Origin: an uncultured virus (IMG/VR IMGVR_UViG_3300044678_003135)
Lineage: Duplodnaviria; Heunggongvirae; Uroviricota; Caudoviricetes
Length of the DNA stretch: 20,000 nucleotides
IMG/VR virus record: IMGVR_UViG_3300044678_003135
Reading direction: 5' to 3' (one strand)
Within the stretch, counting starts at the first letter, position 1. The number at the start of each line of letters is the position of its first letter. Below are positions 1-8,114 of this stretch, piece after piece. The position numbers were made by a program, and so were the translations under genes. The notes below the pieces were generated by a model, which was not told the DNA's origin, ran no database searches, and worked only from the letters and a program-made list of their open reading frames with translations.

Positions 1-373
1 CCAGAGCGTCGAAGTCGCTCCAGTCGATCATTCCCGGCTGCAGGAGCAGCGGTGCTGGAGGGGCCGCCGCCGGCGCCTTGGCCTGCAACCGCCTGAAGTG
101 GGGGGCGTAGGCGTGCCACTGGCCGGCGCCATGGCCCAGCTCCACCAGCTCATGGGCCTGCCCTGGCAGCTCTGTGCTGGCAATCACCGGCATCTTGTGC
201 CCCGCAGGCACCATGACCTTCTGCTCCTCAGGCAGATCGGCCGCAGCAGCCGTGCTTTTCTTCAGCCAGGTGTCCTGCACGGCCTGGAAGGTGAAGATCA
301 CCGGCTTCTGCGGTGTCTCGATCGCTTTGCCTTCAGGAGCGGCCGCGGCGGGCTTGGAGCTGGTTGGCGGCAT
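1..373 (-). CDS. 5' part of probable peptidase M15A-type endolysin / cell-wall hydrolase (cut by window edge)
   Basis: Own translation from ATG 373: MPPTSSKP...FTFQAVQDTWLKKSTAAAADLPEEQKVMVPAG...WHAYAPHF...MIDWSDFDAL. The DTWLKKS..DL...QK domain and IDWxDF motif resemble cyanobacterial peptidase-M15A proteins; the catalytic part is outside the window. Confidence 0.6.
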   Translation of the reverse strand, partial: MPPTSSKPAAAAPEGKAIETPQKPVIFTFQAVQDTWLKKSTAAAADLPEEQKVMVPAGHKMPVIASTELPGQAHELVELGHGAGQWHAYAPHFRRLQAKAPAAAPPAPLLLQPGMIDWSDFDAL

Positions 374-397
374 TGCGAAGCGTGGATGAACCTGGCT

Positions 398-601
398 TCA
401 GTGTGGGCCTGCTTCCCGTGGCTCCCATACCCGTGGCTGATTGCTGAATGGCGGCAGCGATGCGCCACTGCCGTTGCCGGTGATTTCTTGCTCAACAGGC
501 GCGGGCATCGGCAAGCGCGGATACTGCCAGGATCCATCGGAGTTCTGGCGAACCGTTGAGCCCGCTGGGATGTCGGGGCTTAGGGGGGTGTGGGTGGTCA
601 T
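398..601 (-). CDS. Small hypothetical protein (67 aa, MTTHTPLSPDIP...)
   Basis: Internal ATG at 601 of track ORF 398..778, preceded by GGAG; co-oriented with neighbours. Confidence 0.5.
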   Translation of the reverse strand: MTTHTPLSPDIPAGSTVRQNSDGSWQYPRLPMPAPVEQEITGNGSGASLPPFSNQPRVWEPREAGPH

Positions 602-683
602 CGGCGAAGACTCCAAATAAGTAGGCAGGTAGGGACTAGAAAAATCGCGTTCATCGCAACATCGGCCCAGGTGGTGTGTTCCG

Positions 684-1100
684 TCACGACTCCCCCACCG
701 CCGCAGGATCGGGCCGGCTGTAATCAAAGCGCCACCAGCAGACGCCAGTTCGTTGGTCTCTGTTGTGGATATTTTCACGGCAAGCGATGGGCCATCCGTT
801 GCTGTTGAAAAAAATCACCGCCAGCTCATTCATGCCCATATCGAAATAGATGTGCTGCTTGCGGCACCAGCCGCTGCAGGGTGTGGTGGCCACCCGCTCA
901 GGAATCGGCAGGGTGGTGGTGGCGTCGATGATCTGCCGGTCGTGCTGATCAACGATCAGCTGCAGCGACCCCGGCGGGAAGCGCCGGCCCTCTTCGGGGA
1001 TGTAGATGCCTGGAAAGGGTGCGTGGAGAGTGAAATCCCCATCATTGATCGTGATCTGCTGCAGGGCCTCCGGTTCATGTGGAGCACGCATCAGCAGCAC
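684..1100 (-). CDS. Hypothetical phage protein (start uncertain; frame is open to 1556)
   Basis: 3' part of track ORF 684..1556; GTG 1100 / ATG 1091 lie just after the upstream stop at 1105; protein-like composition. Confidence 0.6.
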   Translation of the reverse strand: MLLMRAPHEPEALQQITINDGDFTLHAPFPGIYIPEEGRRFPPGSLQLIVDQHDRQIIDATTTLPIPERVATTPCSGWCRKQHIYFDMGMNELAVIFFNSNGWPIACRENIHNRDQRTGVCWWRFDYSRPDPAAVGES

Positions 1101-1104
1101 CGAA

Positions 1105-1716
1105 CTACCGTTGTAAATCAGTCGCCGCTCCTGGCCCGCTTCGGAGGGATTTGAGTTCCTGACGGAGATCCACTCGATCCCGTTGAGCACGCCTTTCCCG
1201 ACGCGAGGTCTGCCCATGCTGTTTCGATCCAACGGCGAACGGGTCAGCCAGGGTTTGAGGATGTGATGGTTGGGGTCCAGGGCCACACCAGCGAGTTGCA
1301 GCACCGGCGGGGTGTCCGCTGAAACGGTCAGATCTGCCAGATCTGCGACTCTCGATGAGGTCTGCAATGAGCGCGAGCCAGTAGGGGGTGCCATCGAAGA
1401 TGTGTGCGTCGGAGAGGGGGATAAGAACCCAACCGGAGAGCTGGGCGAGCATGGTCTTGGTGATGTCCCTGGTGATGCCACTGCCTGTGGAGTGCCCCCC
1501 GGGCCGCCAGATGCCGCCGTTGACCTCGACGGCCACCTGCGCATCAGGCCAGGCAAAGTCAGCGCGGAAGCGATCTCTACGCGACCTCAGCCCTTCCTGC
1601 TTCTGGTACGAGGCCCAGGTGTCCCACACGGGCAGGATGAACTCTCGCTGGAAAGGCAGGCCGGGGCAAGAGATCAGCCACTGGTTGGCAAAGGCTTCTT
1701 CCAGATGACTTGGCAT
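1105..1716 (-). CDS. DUF559/Vsr-like PD-(D/E)XK endonuclease
   Basis: FQREF...RFRADFAWPDAQVAVEVNGGIW..GGH..G.GI.RDITK...AQLSGW matches the common phage DUF559-like endonuclease pattern; GAGG upstream of ATG. Confidence 0.85.
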   Translation of the reverse strand: MPSHLEEAFANQWLISCPGLPFQREFILPVWDTWASYQKQEGLRSRRDRFRADFAWPDAQVAVEVNGGIWRPGGHSTGSGITRDITKTMLAQLSGWVLIPLSDAHIFDGTPYWLALIADLIESRRSGRSDRFSGHPAGAATRWCGPGPQPSHPQTLADPFAVGSKQHGQTSRRERRAQRDRVDLRQELKSLRSGPGAATDLQR

Positions 1717-2044
1717 TGGCCTCGGTGCAATCGATCGCGAAGGGGAAGGGGCGAATCCAAACCAACACCGCGCCGGTCATCGGGTCACGTGGCCGGTTGG
1801 CGTGGCAAAGGGCCATCACCCGCAGCAATGAATGGATGGAATCAGGTTCGGTCTGCTGGAGCTCGTTGTGGCAGGCGCCGAGGGCGGCCTCGATGACCCA
1901 TAGCAAGCTCTTGAAATCGTTGGCCTGGAGCTGATCAGGGCAGCACGGCTGCATCTGCTGCAGGCCATAGCCGCGCTGCAGGTGGAGGCTGCCATCGGCG
2001 AACAGGGCAAACCCTGTGATGGGTTGATCGTTGGGTGAATCCAT
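1577..2044 (-). CDS. Hypothetical protein
   Basis: 155-aa ORF in operon position with C-rich leader; its last 140 nt overlap the endonuclease gene. Confidence 0.6.
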   Translation of the reverse strand: MDSPNDQPITGFALFADGSLHLQRGYGLQQMQPCCPDQLQANDFKSLLWVIEAALGACHNELQQTEPDSIHSLLRVMALCHANRPRDPMTGAVLVWIRPFPFAIDCTEANAKSSGRSLCQPVADLLPRPAFPARVHPARVGHLGLVPEAGRAEVA

Positions 2045-2077
2045 GGCTGCAATGCAGTGGGGAGGGGTTGATGCAGA

Positions 2078-2482
2078 TCAAGCGCTGGTCTTGTCGGTGC
2101 GATCCGTTGCTATTGCAGGGCCAACCCGTGGGCGCATGGGGATGACGCCCAGTTCCAGCTCCCGCTGGTTGGGGTCTCTGCGGCTGAGGCCTCGCTGGCT
2201 CGCGTTGTAGAACCAGATGCTGGATTCCCTGGGCGGCTTGGGTGCTTTCATGACCACCTCGTCGCGGACGACCAGGCGGTTTTCGTGCCCCAGCTGCGTC
2301 ACGGTCACCTTCAGGGTGATGGTGCCGGTGCCACCGTTGGCCAGCACTGCCTCGCTGACCTTGGAGAGGGCGTCGGACAGCTCGGTGTGGGTGCGTCCGT
2401 CGCGTTGGGAGAAGAGGAACTGTCCGAAGGGCGAGGCCTCCAGGGCTTCTTCCATATCGGTGTCCATGGGCTCGGCGTTCAT
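2078..2482 (-). CDS. YfdP-like prophage protein (usual partner of DUF2303)
   Basis: F..FL...RDG....ELS.AL..V..AV...G..G.ITLKVTV...P..PR..SI.F....GLSRRDPNQ.EL pattern; adjacent to the DUF2303 gene. Confidence 0.75.
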   Translation of the reverse strand: MNAEPMDTDMEEALEASPFGQFLFSQRDGRTHTELSDALSKVSEAVLANGGTGTITLKVTVTQLGHENRLVVRDEVVMKAPKPPRESSIWFYNASQRGLSRRDPNQRELELGVIPMRPRVGPAIATDRTDKTSA

Positions 2483-2561
2483 GGTGAGATGGGGGGGGTG
2501 GATCAGGTTCAGTTCTCCGGAAATCCCGGATGGCTCGATTTGATGGGGTGGTTGGGAGAGT

Positions 2562-3425
2562 TCAGACCTTCCCGTAGAAGACGGGCATCCCCAACAGGTT
2601 GGAGACCTCGTCGACCACTTCCTTAAAGGCGTGCTCGATCGCCATCTCCGGGTCCACCAGCAGGACAGAAAGCCTCACGGCGGCGTCCACAATCCGGTAG
2701 CGGAGGCGAGCCTTCACGGCATAGGCCTTGCCGTACTTGAACAACGGCATGGCGACGGTGAGCACCTCGGGGATGGAAATGTCAGCGCGCTCGCCGGCGG
2801 TGGCGTTGATCTGCTCCTCCCGCTTCAGCTTGATAGCCCCACTGGAAAGCCGAACGGCGCTGCTGAAATCGACGGTGGACTTGGCGTTGAAGGTCTGGGC
2901 GATCTCCAGGATCGTGGCGGCATCTGGGCTGGAGAAGGTCTCCAGGCTCATCTCACAAAACTCGGCGAAATCTTGCTGCGCCATGTACGTGCCGCTGGCC
3001 TCCGCCCACCGCTTCGCCTCGGAACTGACGATCAGCTTCAGGTCGGCGTAGACCATGCCCCATTCTTTAGGCTGTGCGTCGAAGATCAGCCGAATGGTCT
3101 CCCTGGCTTCATCAGCAATGCAAAGGGCCCTGCTGCGCCTGGGCCGGTAGGCATCATCATCGAGGGCGTCGGGGTCGTTGTCGAAGACGCTCAGCACGTA
3201 GGACGTGAAGCTTTGGATGCTGTGGAAGGCGTAATTGGCCTGAGGTCTGAGCCGCTCCCAGCCGGCGGCATTCAGCACCTCAGGCTTGGTCAGGTCGATG
3301 GTTTTGAAACCATCCACGGTGCGGACGACATAGACGCTGCCGGGGTGGAGCTCCACGGGCTCCACACCCAGCAGGGTCTGCTCGATGACGGCGTCAGCCA
3401 CGGTTCTGGTCGTCGGTTCGCTCAT
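2562..3425 (-). CDS. DUF2303 (YfdQ-like) family phage protein
   Basis: 287 aa with FHSIQSFTSYV, S.E.KRW, MAQQDFAEFCE, LEIAQTFNAKSTVDFSSAVRLSSG and IPE......P.F..G..Y.V.ARLRYRI motifs. Confidence 0.9.
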   Translation of the reverse strand: MSEPTTRTVADAVIEQTLLGVEPVELHPGSVYVVRTVDGFKTIDLTKPEVLNAAGWERLRPQANYAFHSIQSFTSYVLSVFDNDPDALDDDAYRPRRSRALCIADEARETIRLIFDAQPKEWGMVYADLKLIVSSEAKRWAEASGTYMAQQDFAEFCEMSLETFSSPDAATILEIAQTFNAKSTVDFSSAVRLSSGAIKLKREEQINATAGERADISIPEVLTVAMPLFKYGKAYAVKARLRYRIVDAAVRLSVLLVDPEMAIEHAFKEVVDEVSNLLGMPVFYGKV

Positions 3426-3686
3426 GGGGATGGGGATGGAAAGGGGAACAAAAGGGAAAACAGGTTGTGTTGCTGCAAATGGCCTTGGTCCGGTCCTGTC
3501 GGGTGCAGTCGCCCTGGAGCCAACCGGATCCCTCGATGGGGCCCGTTACTTGAGAGAGGCCAGGCAGCGTCCACCGCGTGGTCCGAGCAGTGGGCTGGCA
3601 TCACCTGGGAGGCCACAACACGCGCAAGCGCGGCAGCACCAGCAGCAGGGCCTAGGGGCCCCGTGCTGGGGAGAGGCTGGTAGAGG

Positions 3687-4721
3687 TCATGGCGCGTTGC
3701 CTTGTGATGCTGCCGCGGCGTTCTTGGCCAGCTGATCAGCGGCCAGGAGCTTCGCCTCGATCTCCTGGGACCGCTCGGGGGTGATGGCCGGATCCGTCAG
3801 CTCCTGCTCAAGGGCGCGGCGATCGTCCTTGCTGATCCACCCGGGCGGAGGCCCCTGACGAACTGCGGCGGATGGGGCGCGCTGGGTGGCGCCTGCTGGG
3901 CCTGCAGCGGAACGGGAAGGTGTCGTGACCGTACGCACAGGCTGCTGCTGTGGGTCCCTGCTTTGCCTTGCCTGGCGGGGCTGTGTGTCGTTTGCTGCGT
4001 TGAAATCGTCATCCCTTTCAGCGGCAAGGCCTAGGACCATCTGCAGGGCCAACCGGCGGCAGGTGGTGAGCCCAGCGGCATGGGCCTGGCCGCGGCGATC
4101 GATTTCGCCTTCAACAGCCTCCTTGATGAAAAGGGGGACGGGGCCGCTGGAGATGCAGCCGCCGCCGGAGTGGACCAGGTAGCCAGTGACCACTGGAGTG
4201 CCGTTGTCGTCCAGCTCCTGGCGGGTGAGCGGGAACAAACCCATGGCGCCGGCGGTCTGGCCGGTGGCGATCACGCTGGCGAGATCGGCGTAGCCGTAGG
4301 AGATGGTCCCGCCTTTTTTGGTGGTGTACTCCGCCTGGCGGTTTTCGACAAGGCGCGGCTCTGTTGCGTGCCATGCTGCGAGTGCAGCGAACAGCTGCAT
4401 CTGCTGTTCGCATTCCGGTTCGTAGTTGAGGAACTCGATCAACCGCCGCCGCTGGTCGTCCTTAAAAACTTGGTCTTGGCGGCTTGTCTGGTCGTGTTGA
4501 GCCTGAGCCTCGGCCAGCACCTGGATCTCTGAGCGGAGCTGGGCAATCACGGCCGCCTGGTTGCGAATCTGCTGGTCGTGACTGCCGATCTGCTGGTTGG
4601 CGCGGTGGGCGAAGTCCTCCAGGGCCCTGTGGGAGAGCTGTGGACTGGCCGCGGCCGGCGCCCCGGAGGCAGGCGGTGGAGGCTGCGGCGATGGCGCCCC
4701 TGACTGGGTACTGGAATCCAT
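3687..4721 (-). CDS. ERF-family single-strand annealing recombination protein with N-terminal coiled coil
   Basis: LFAALAAW, SYGYADLASVI, V.GYLVHSGG.CISS and QAHAAGLTTCRRLALQMVLGLAAERDDDFN (variant of ERF GSA.TY.RRY.L....G....DDD). ATG 4721 preferred over the track start 4775. Confidence 0.85.
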   Translation of the reverse strand: MDSSTQSGAPSPQPPPPASGAPAAASPQLSHRALEDFAHRANQQIGSHDQQIRNQAAVIAQLRSEIQVLAEAQAQHDQTSRQDQVFKDDQRRRLIEFLNYEPECEQQMQLFAALAAWHATEPRLVENRQAEYTTKKGGTISYGYADLASVIATGQTAGAMGLFPLTRQELDDNGTPVVTGYLVHSGGGCISSGPVPLFIKEAVEGEIDRRGQAHAAGLTTCRRLALQMVLGLAAERDDDFNAANDTQPRQARQSRDPQQQPVRTVTTPSRSAAGPAGATQRAPSAAVRQGPPPGWISKDDRRALEQELTDPAITPERSQEIEAKLLAADQLAKNAAAASQGNAP

Positions 4722-4782
4722 TCGAGCCGTTGCGAGAGAGGTTGGTAGTGCATCGGTTACGCTGCACCGAGTCACTCACCGA

Positions 4783-4791
4783 ACACTAGCA
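4783..4791 (-). promoter_or_regulatory. Candidate extended -10 promoter (TGcTAGTGT) for the leftward operon
   Basis: Minus strand reads TGCTAGTGT about 60 nt upstream of the ERF ATG; nearby dyad TCGGT-N8-ACCGA (4753-4770). Confidence 0.4.
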
Positions 4792-4807
4792 CCATTGTGA
4801 CTTCGTA

Positions 4808-5086
4808 ATGTCGTCGGTTCATGCCGTCGTGAATCAAGTCCCTAACGGCCCTCCTGGCTGCGTCATGGCTACCAGCGAAGGGGTTCTCTCTGTAACAGTT
4901 CTTCATGCTACGGCCGCCGACCTTTTCTGGCGACAGCGGCAGGTGCTGACAGAAGCCTTCAGCTGCAGTGCATTGCGCCTACTGCTGATCAGGCCAGAAA
5001 ACAGCAGCGCTGAGCCGATCCAGATGGAATGGAGCCGCCCGCCGGATCCCAGGCCACTAAACGATCCACCGATCAGTCGACACTGA
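4808..5086 (+). CDS. Hypothetical protein (92 aa)
   Basis: ATG ORF filling the gap between ERF (divergent) and the repressor-like gene (convergent, 14-nt overlap). Confidence 0.55.
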   Translation: MSSVHAVVNQVPNGPPGCVMATSEGVLSVTVLHATAADLFWRQRQVLTEAFSCSALRLLLIRPENSSAEPIQMEWSRPPDPRPLNDPPISRH

Positions 5087-5996
5087 TCGCCGTTTCTGGC
5101 CCCTGCTGCTTGGCTGAGGCCTTTGCAGGCTGCTGCGTCTTTCGATCTTCCAGGCGCTGCAGCAGCACCTGGGTGGCGAGCTGCTCACCTTCTACCTGCT
5201 CAGGCCCCCAGGTTTCCGTGCCAAGCAGCACCTGCCGGAGAAACTTCTGCCGCTCAGGCTCCTTGCCTGGATAGAGCTCGACGATCTGGGCCCAGTCATC
5301 AACGATGTCCAAGCCAGCGGCGCTGGCGGCCTGGCGCAGCGTGCGGCCTGAGATGCACTCTGGAGGCCTCTGTTGCTCTGCTGCGGCCTTCTTTTTGACG
5401 AGCGGCTCTGGGGTGAGGCGACCGATGGCAATGGACAGCAGCTCTTCGGGCCCAAAAATTCCCTGCTGATCGCGCAGCACGTGCGCGCTGGCGACGCAGT
5501 CCCGGAGCCGCTCATCTGTCGGTGCCGCTTGCTTGCCAGCCTGCACGCCCGCGACCCATTCGTTCAGCCGCCCCAGCTCCAGGAAAAACGTGCTGGCCAG
5601 AATGCGGCTCTTGCGCCGCAGGAACAGGTTGAGGCCACTCGAATGCAGGCGGCTGCTCAGGCCTACATCCCGCCAACCGGCGACGTCATCTGCGGGCTCA
5701 GAAGCTGGCGTTCCGATCGCCTCCCAGACATGGCCGCGGTGGTTGACCCATTGGCCGGCTTGCAGAGGCATGCCAGCGACCCACTCCAGGATCGGTTCAG
5801 AGGATCGCGCCAGCAGGGCCAGCTCAGCAAGCCGTGAGGTGACCGCCAGGCTCCAGCCGTTGTGGTCCAGCCACTGCTCGATCAACGAGCGCAAGACCTC
5901 GCGGCCGCTTCCCTCAGTGATCAGCCAATGGCCTCGAGCAGCAGGGGTGAGGGGCTCTGACCCTGACGGCCGCGACAGTTGCTGCTGCTGATCCAT
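5073..5996 (-). CDS. Putative phage repressor-like protein (XRE-type HTH) with inserted CBM5/12-like module
   Basis: GREVLRSLIEQWLDHNGWSLAVTSRLAELA...LHSSGLNLFLRRKSRILASTFFLELGRLN resembles XRE helices 1-4; divergent from the replication operon, in the CI position. ATG 5996 chosen. Confidence 0.55.
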   Translation of the reverse strand: MDQQQQLSRPSGSEPLTPAARGHWLITEGSGREVLRSLIEQWLDHNGWSLAVTSRLAELALLARSSEPILEWVAGMPLQAGQWVNHRGHVWEAIGTPASEPADDVAGWRDVGLSSRLHSSGLNLFLRRKSRILASTFFLELGRLNEWVAGVQAGKQAAPTDERLRDCVASAHVLRDQQGIFGPEELLSIAIGRLTPEPLVKKKAAAEQQRPPECISGRTLRQAASAAGLDIVDDWAQIVELYPGKEPERQKFLRQVLLGTETWGPEQVEGEQLATQVLLQRLEDRKTQQPAKASAKQQGPETAISVD

Positions 5997-6211
5997 GGGT
6001 GCTCTGAGGCGTGAGGGCCGGCTACGGGTCCATCTGGAGCCGAACATAAGTCCTAGGCGAAATCACGCCGCCACCCTACGAAGCGCACTCGCAACAACCA
6101 CATAACGCCATGCAGCAGATGCGCGGCAACGGTGCGGAAGCAGATTTGAGACAGCACTGGTCCATACCATCTCGAATCCGCTACGGTCCAGATCTGTTGG
6201 TCGGTTTCCCG

Positions 6212-6242
6212 CAAACAACAAAGGCCCCGCCGAGGCGGAGCC
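6212..6242 (-). terminator. Intrinsic terminator-like hairpin, minus strand
   Basis: Minus RNA: GGCUCCGC-CUCG-GCGGGGCC (8-bp stem with one U-G pair) followed by UUUGUUGUUUG. Confidence 0.55.
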
Positions 6243-6375
6243 AGTGTTGCCCTTGCGGGCTGCGACCACCGGGCACGCTCCCCAGCAGGACCAATGGCCG
6301 CAACAGGGCAATCCTACTGCAACAGCCGCGATTCGCAGGCTCCAGGGAGTGGAACCATCCACTTCAGATCCTGAC

Positions 6376-7659
6376 ATGCCAACCAAAGATTTCAGCGGTG
6401 AGTTGCACCGCCCTCTGTTTGCACAGATTCCGCTCGACTTGCTGAGCAGCTGTGCACAGATAGGGCGCAGGAGGTTGGTATTCGTCTATGCCTGGCTCTG
6501 GTTTTACGCCGGCCAAGCAGATAACGCATTTCCTTCAGTACCTCGGCTCGCCCTGGAGTGCGGCATGAAGGAACGGGACATCCGCACTGCACTTTCGACC
6601 CTTCTTCATGAGGGTTGGATCATCAAAGCGGGCGCCGGACCGGGCGGGACAAACCGGTATCGGGTCCGGATGGCAACAGGCCGCAAAAAGCGAACCGCGA
6701 AACCCATTGCAGTGCAGCGCAAGTCAGCACACCCCCTCCCCCCAGAGGGGAGTCCCCCCCAGGGGCCCCCCCCTCCCCCTGGAGGGGACTCCCCTGGAAG
6801 GGGACCCCTCCCCCCAGAGGGGACTCCCCCTGGGGGGGACCCAATCAATAAACCTCTAAACGAAGAACAAGAAATCCAAGAAGGGTTAATTGATTACTCC
6901 AGTACATATATCCACCAACGCGAGGCGAAAATCGATGCCACGGCGCCAACGGTCACGACGGCCGAGCCCGTCGCGACAGCGGTCGAGATCGTGATAGCCT
7001 CAGCTCACAACGACGCTCCCCAGCGCCATGCCCAACCGGCAACCCAGCCCCCAGCTACCGCTTCAGCCCTGCCCGACTGCGCCCACCCGCACCGCCAGCT
7101 GCTGCGCGAGTGGTGGCTCAGGCGCCGCAGCAAGCACCCCGCCGCGGCCAACGAGCTCAGCGCCAAAGACATCAGGGCGATCCTCCACGCCGACGCCCTG
7201 GGGATCCTCCAGCCGTTCCTCGAACACGCCGCCGCCAGCGGCTGCAAATCCCTTGCCACCGACTACCGCCGTCGCTGCGAGCAGCTTCGCGCCGGCCCTG
7301 CAGCCGCTGAGGCCTTCGACACCCTCCGCAGCGCCTACCTGGCGGCTCCCCGTCGGGTCACCTGTCAATCTCTGCCCGCTGCCCAGAGAGAGTTTTCTGC
7401 CGTGCTGGCTGAGGGCCACACCGCCGAGCAGCTGGTAGCGGCCCTGGCCGCTGAAATCCGCGCTCAGGACCAGCAGCACGCCTCCACGGGTTTTGCCCCA
7501 TCCCTGCCTGACATGGCTCGCTGGCTGAAGGAGAGGAGGTTCGCCGCCTACCTGCAGCAGAACCAGCCCGTCGCCCCCGCCGCCTTCGAGGCCCCGATCG
7601 ATCCAGAAACCGGCGCCCCTGACCCCTTCGCCTACCACCGTCACATCACAGGCCAATGA
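6376..7659 (+). CDS. Phage replication initiator (N-terminal winged HTH, lambda O-like organisation)
   Basis: VYAWLWFYAG...AFPSVPRLALECGMKERDIRTALSTLLHEGWI...TNRYRV (HTH_36-like); low-complexity linker encoded by iterons; C-terminal F.P....WLKERRF motif. ATG 6376 preferred over 6244. Confidence 0.85.
   Translation: MPTKDFSGELHRPLFAQIPLDLLSSCAQIGRRRLVFVYAWLWFYAGQADNAFPSVPRLALECGMKERDIRTALSTLLHEGWIIKAGAGPGGTNRYRVRMATGRKKRTAKPIAVQRKSAHPLPPEGSPPQGPPPPPGGDSPGRGPLPPEGTPPGGDPINKPLNEEQEIQEGLIDYSSTYIHQREAKIDATAPTVTTAEPVATAVEIVIASAHNDAPQRHAQPATQPPATASALPDCAHPHRQLLREWWLRRRSKHPAAANELSAKDIRAILHADALGILQPFLEHAAASGCKSLATDYRRRCEQLRAGPAAAEAFDTLRSAYLAAPRRVTCQSLPAAQREFSAVLAEGHTAEQLVAALAAEIRAQDQQHASTGFAPSLPDMARWLKERRFAAYLQQNQPVAPAAFEAPIDPETGAPDPFAYHRHITGQ
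6737..6910. repeat. Probable replication origin: six 15-bp palindromic iterons plus AT-rich tract
   Basis: TCCCC-N5-GGGGA at 6737, 6774, 6790, 6809 and 6825, a degenerate copy at 6753, then an A/T-rich stretch at 6843-6910. Confidence 0.8.
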
Positions 7660-8114
7660 CGCTCACGCTCCCCTCAGCTCCAGCACCTGAGCCGCTAGCG
7701 CCGCACAAGCGCCGCCCAGCCGCCGGCCCCGCTTTCGTCCTGCCTGGTTTCGCGTGTTTCGCCTGCTCGGACACCGGCATCGTGGGCAACTCCGACCGGG
7801 CGATCAACGAGTTCATCCCCGACTACGACTCTTGGTCTGATCCGGCGATCATCTGCTGCTGCAATGCGGCCTACCCCAGGGAAGGCCGCGGCGGCTTTCG
7901 CGATTCCGCCGGCCCTCGCCGTCTTGAGACCGCGGCCGGGCCTCGCATGGTGGGCTGTGAGCTGGATCAGCAGGCCATCGAGGCCATTCACCGAAATCGC
8001 CGCCAGCGTGCCTTTGCTGAAGTTCAGTTCACCGCTGAGCAGGCTCGCCAGTTGAAGGCCAACTACCAGGCCGCGGCCGCCGGCCTGTTGCCCTCCATGC
8101 CCGGGAGCCTCTGA
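7656..8114 (+). CDS. Zn-binding hypothetical protein (CxxC...CxC) in helicase-loader position
   Basis: ACFACSDTGIV...IICCCNAA; ATGA-coupled to the initiator gene. Confidence 0.75.
   Translation: MTLTLPSAPAPEPLAPHKRRPAAGPAFVLPGFACFACSDTGIVGNSDRAINEFIPDYDSWSDPAIICCCNAAYPREGRGGFRDSAGPRRLETAAGPRMVGCELDQQAIEAIHRNRRQRAFAEVQFTAEQARQLKANYQAAAAGLLPSMPGSL

Noticed and set aside
6606..6859. Several Pro/Gly-rich short ORFs and a CRISPR-like look of the repeats
   Set aside because: By-products of the iteron array; no unique spacers of CRISPR length and no cas genes.
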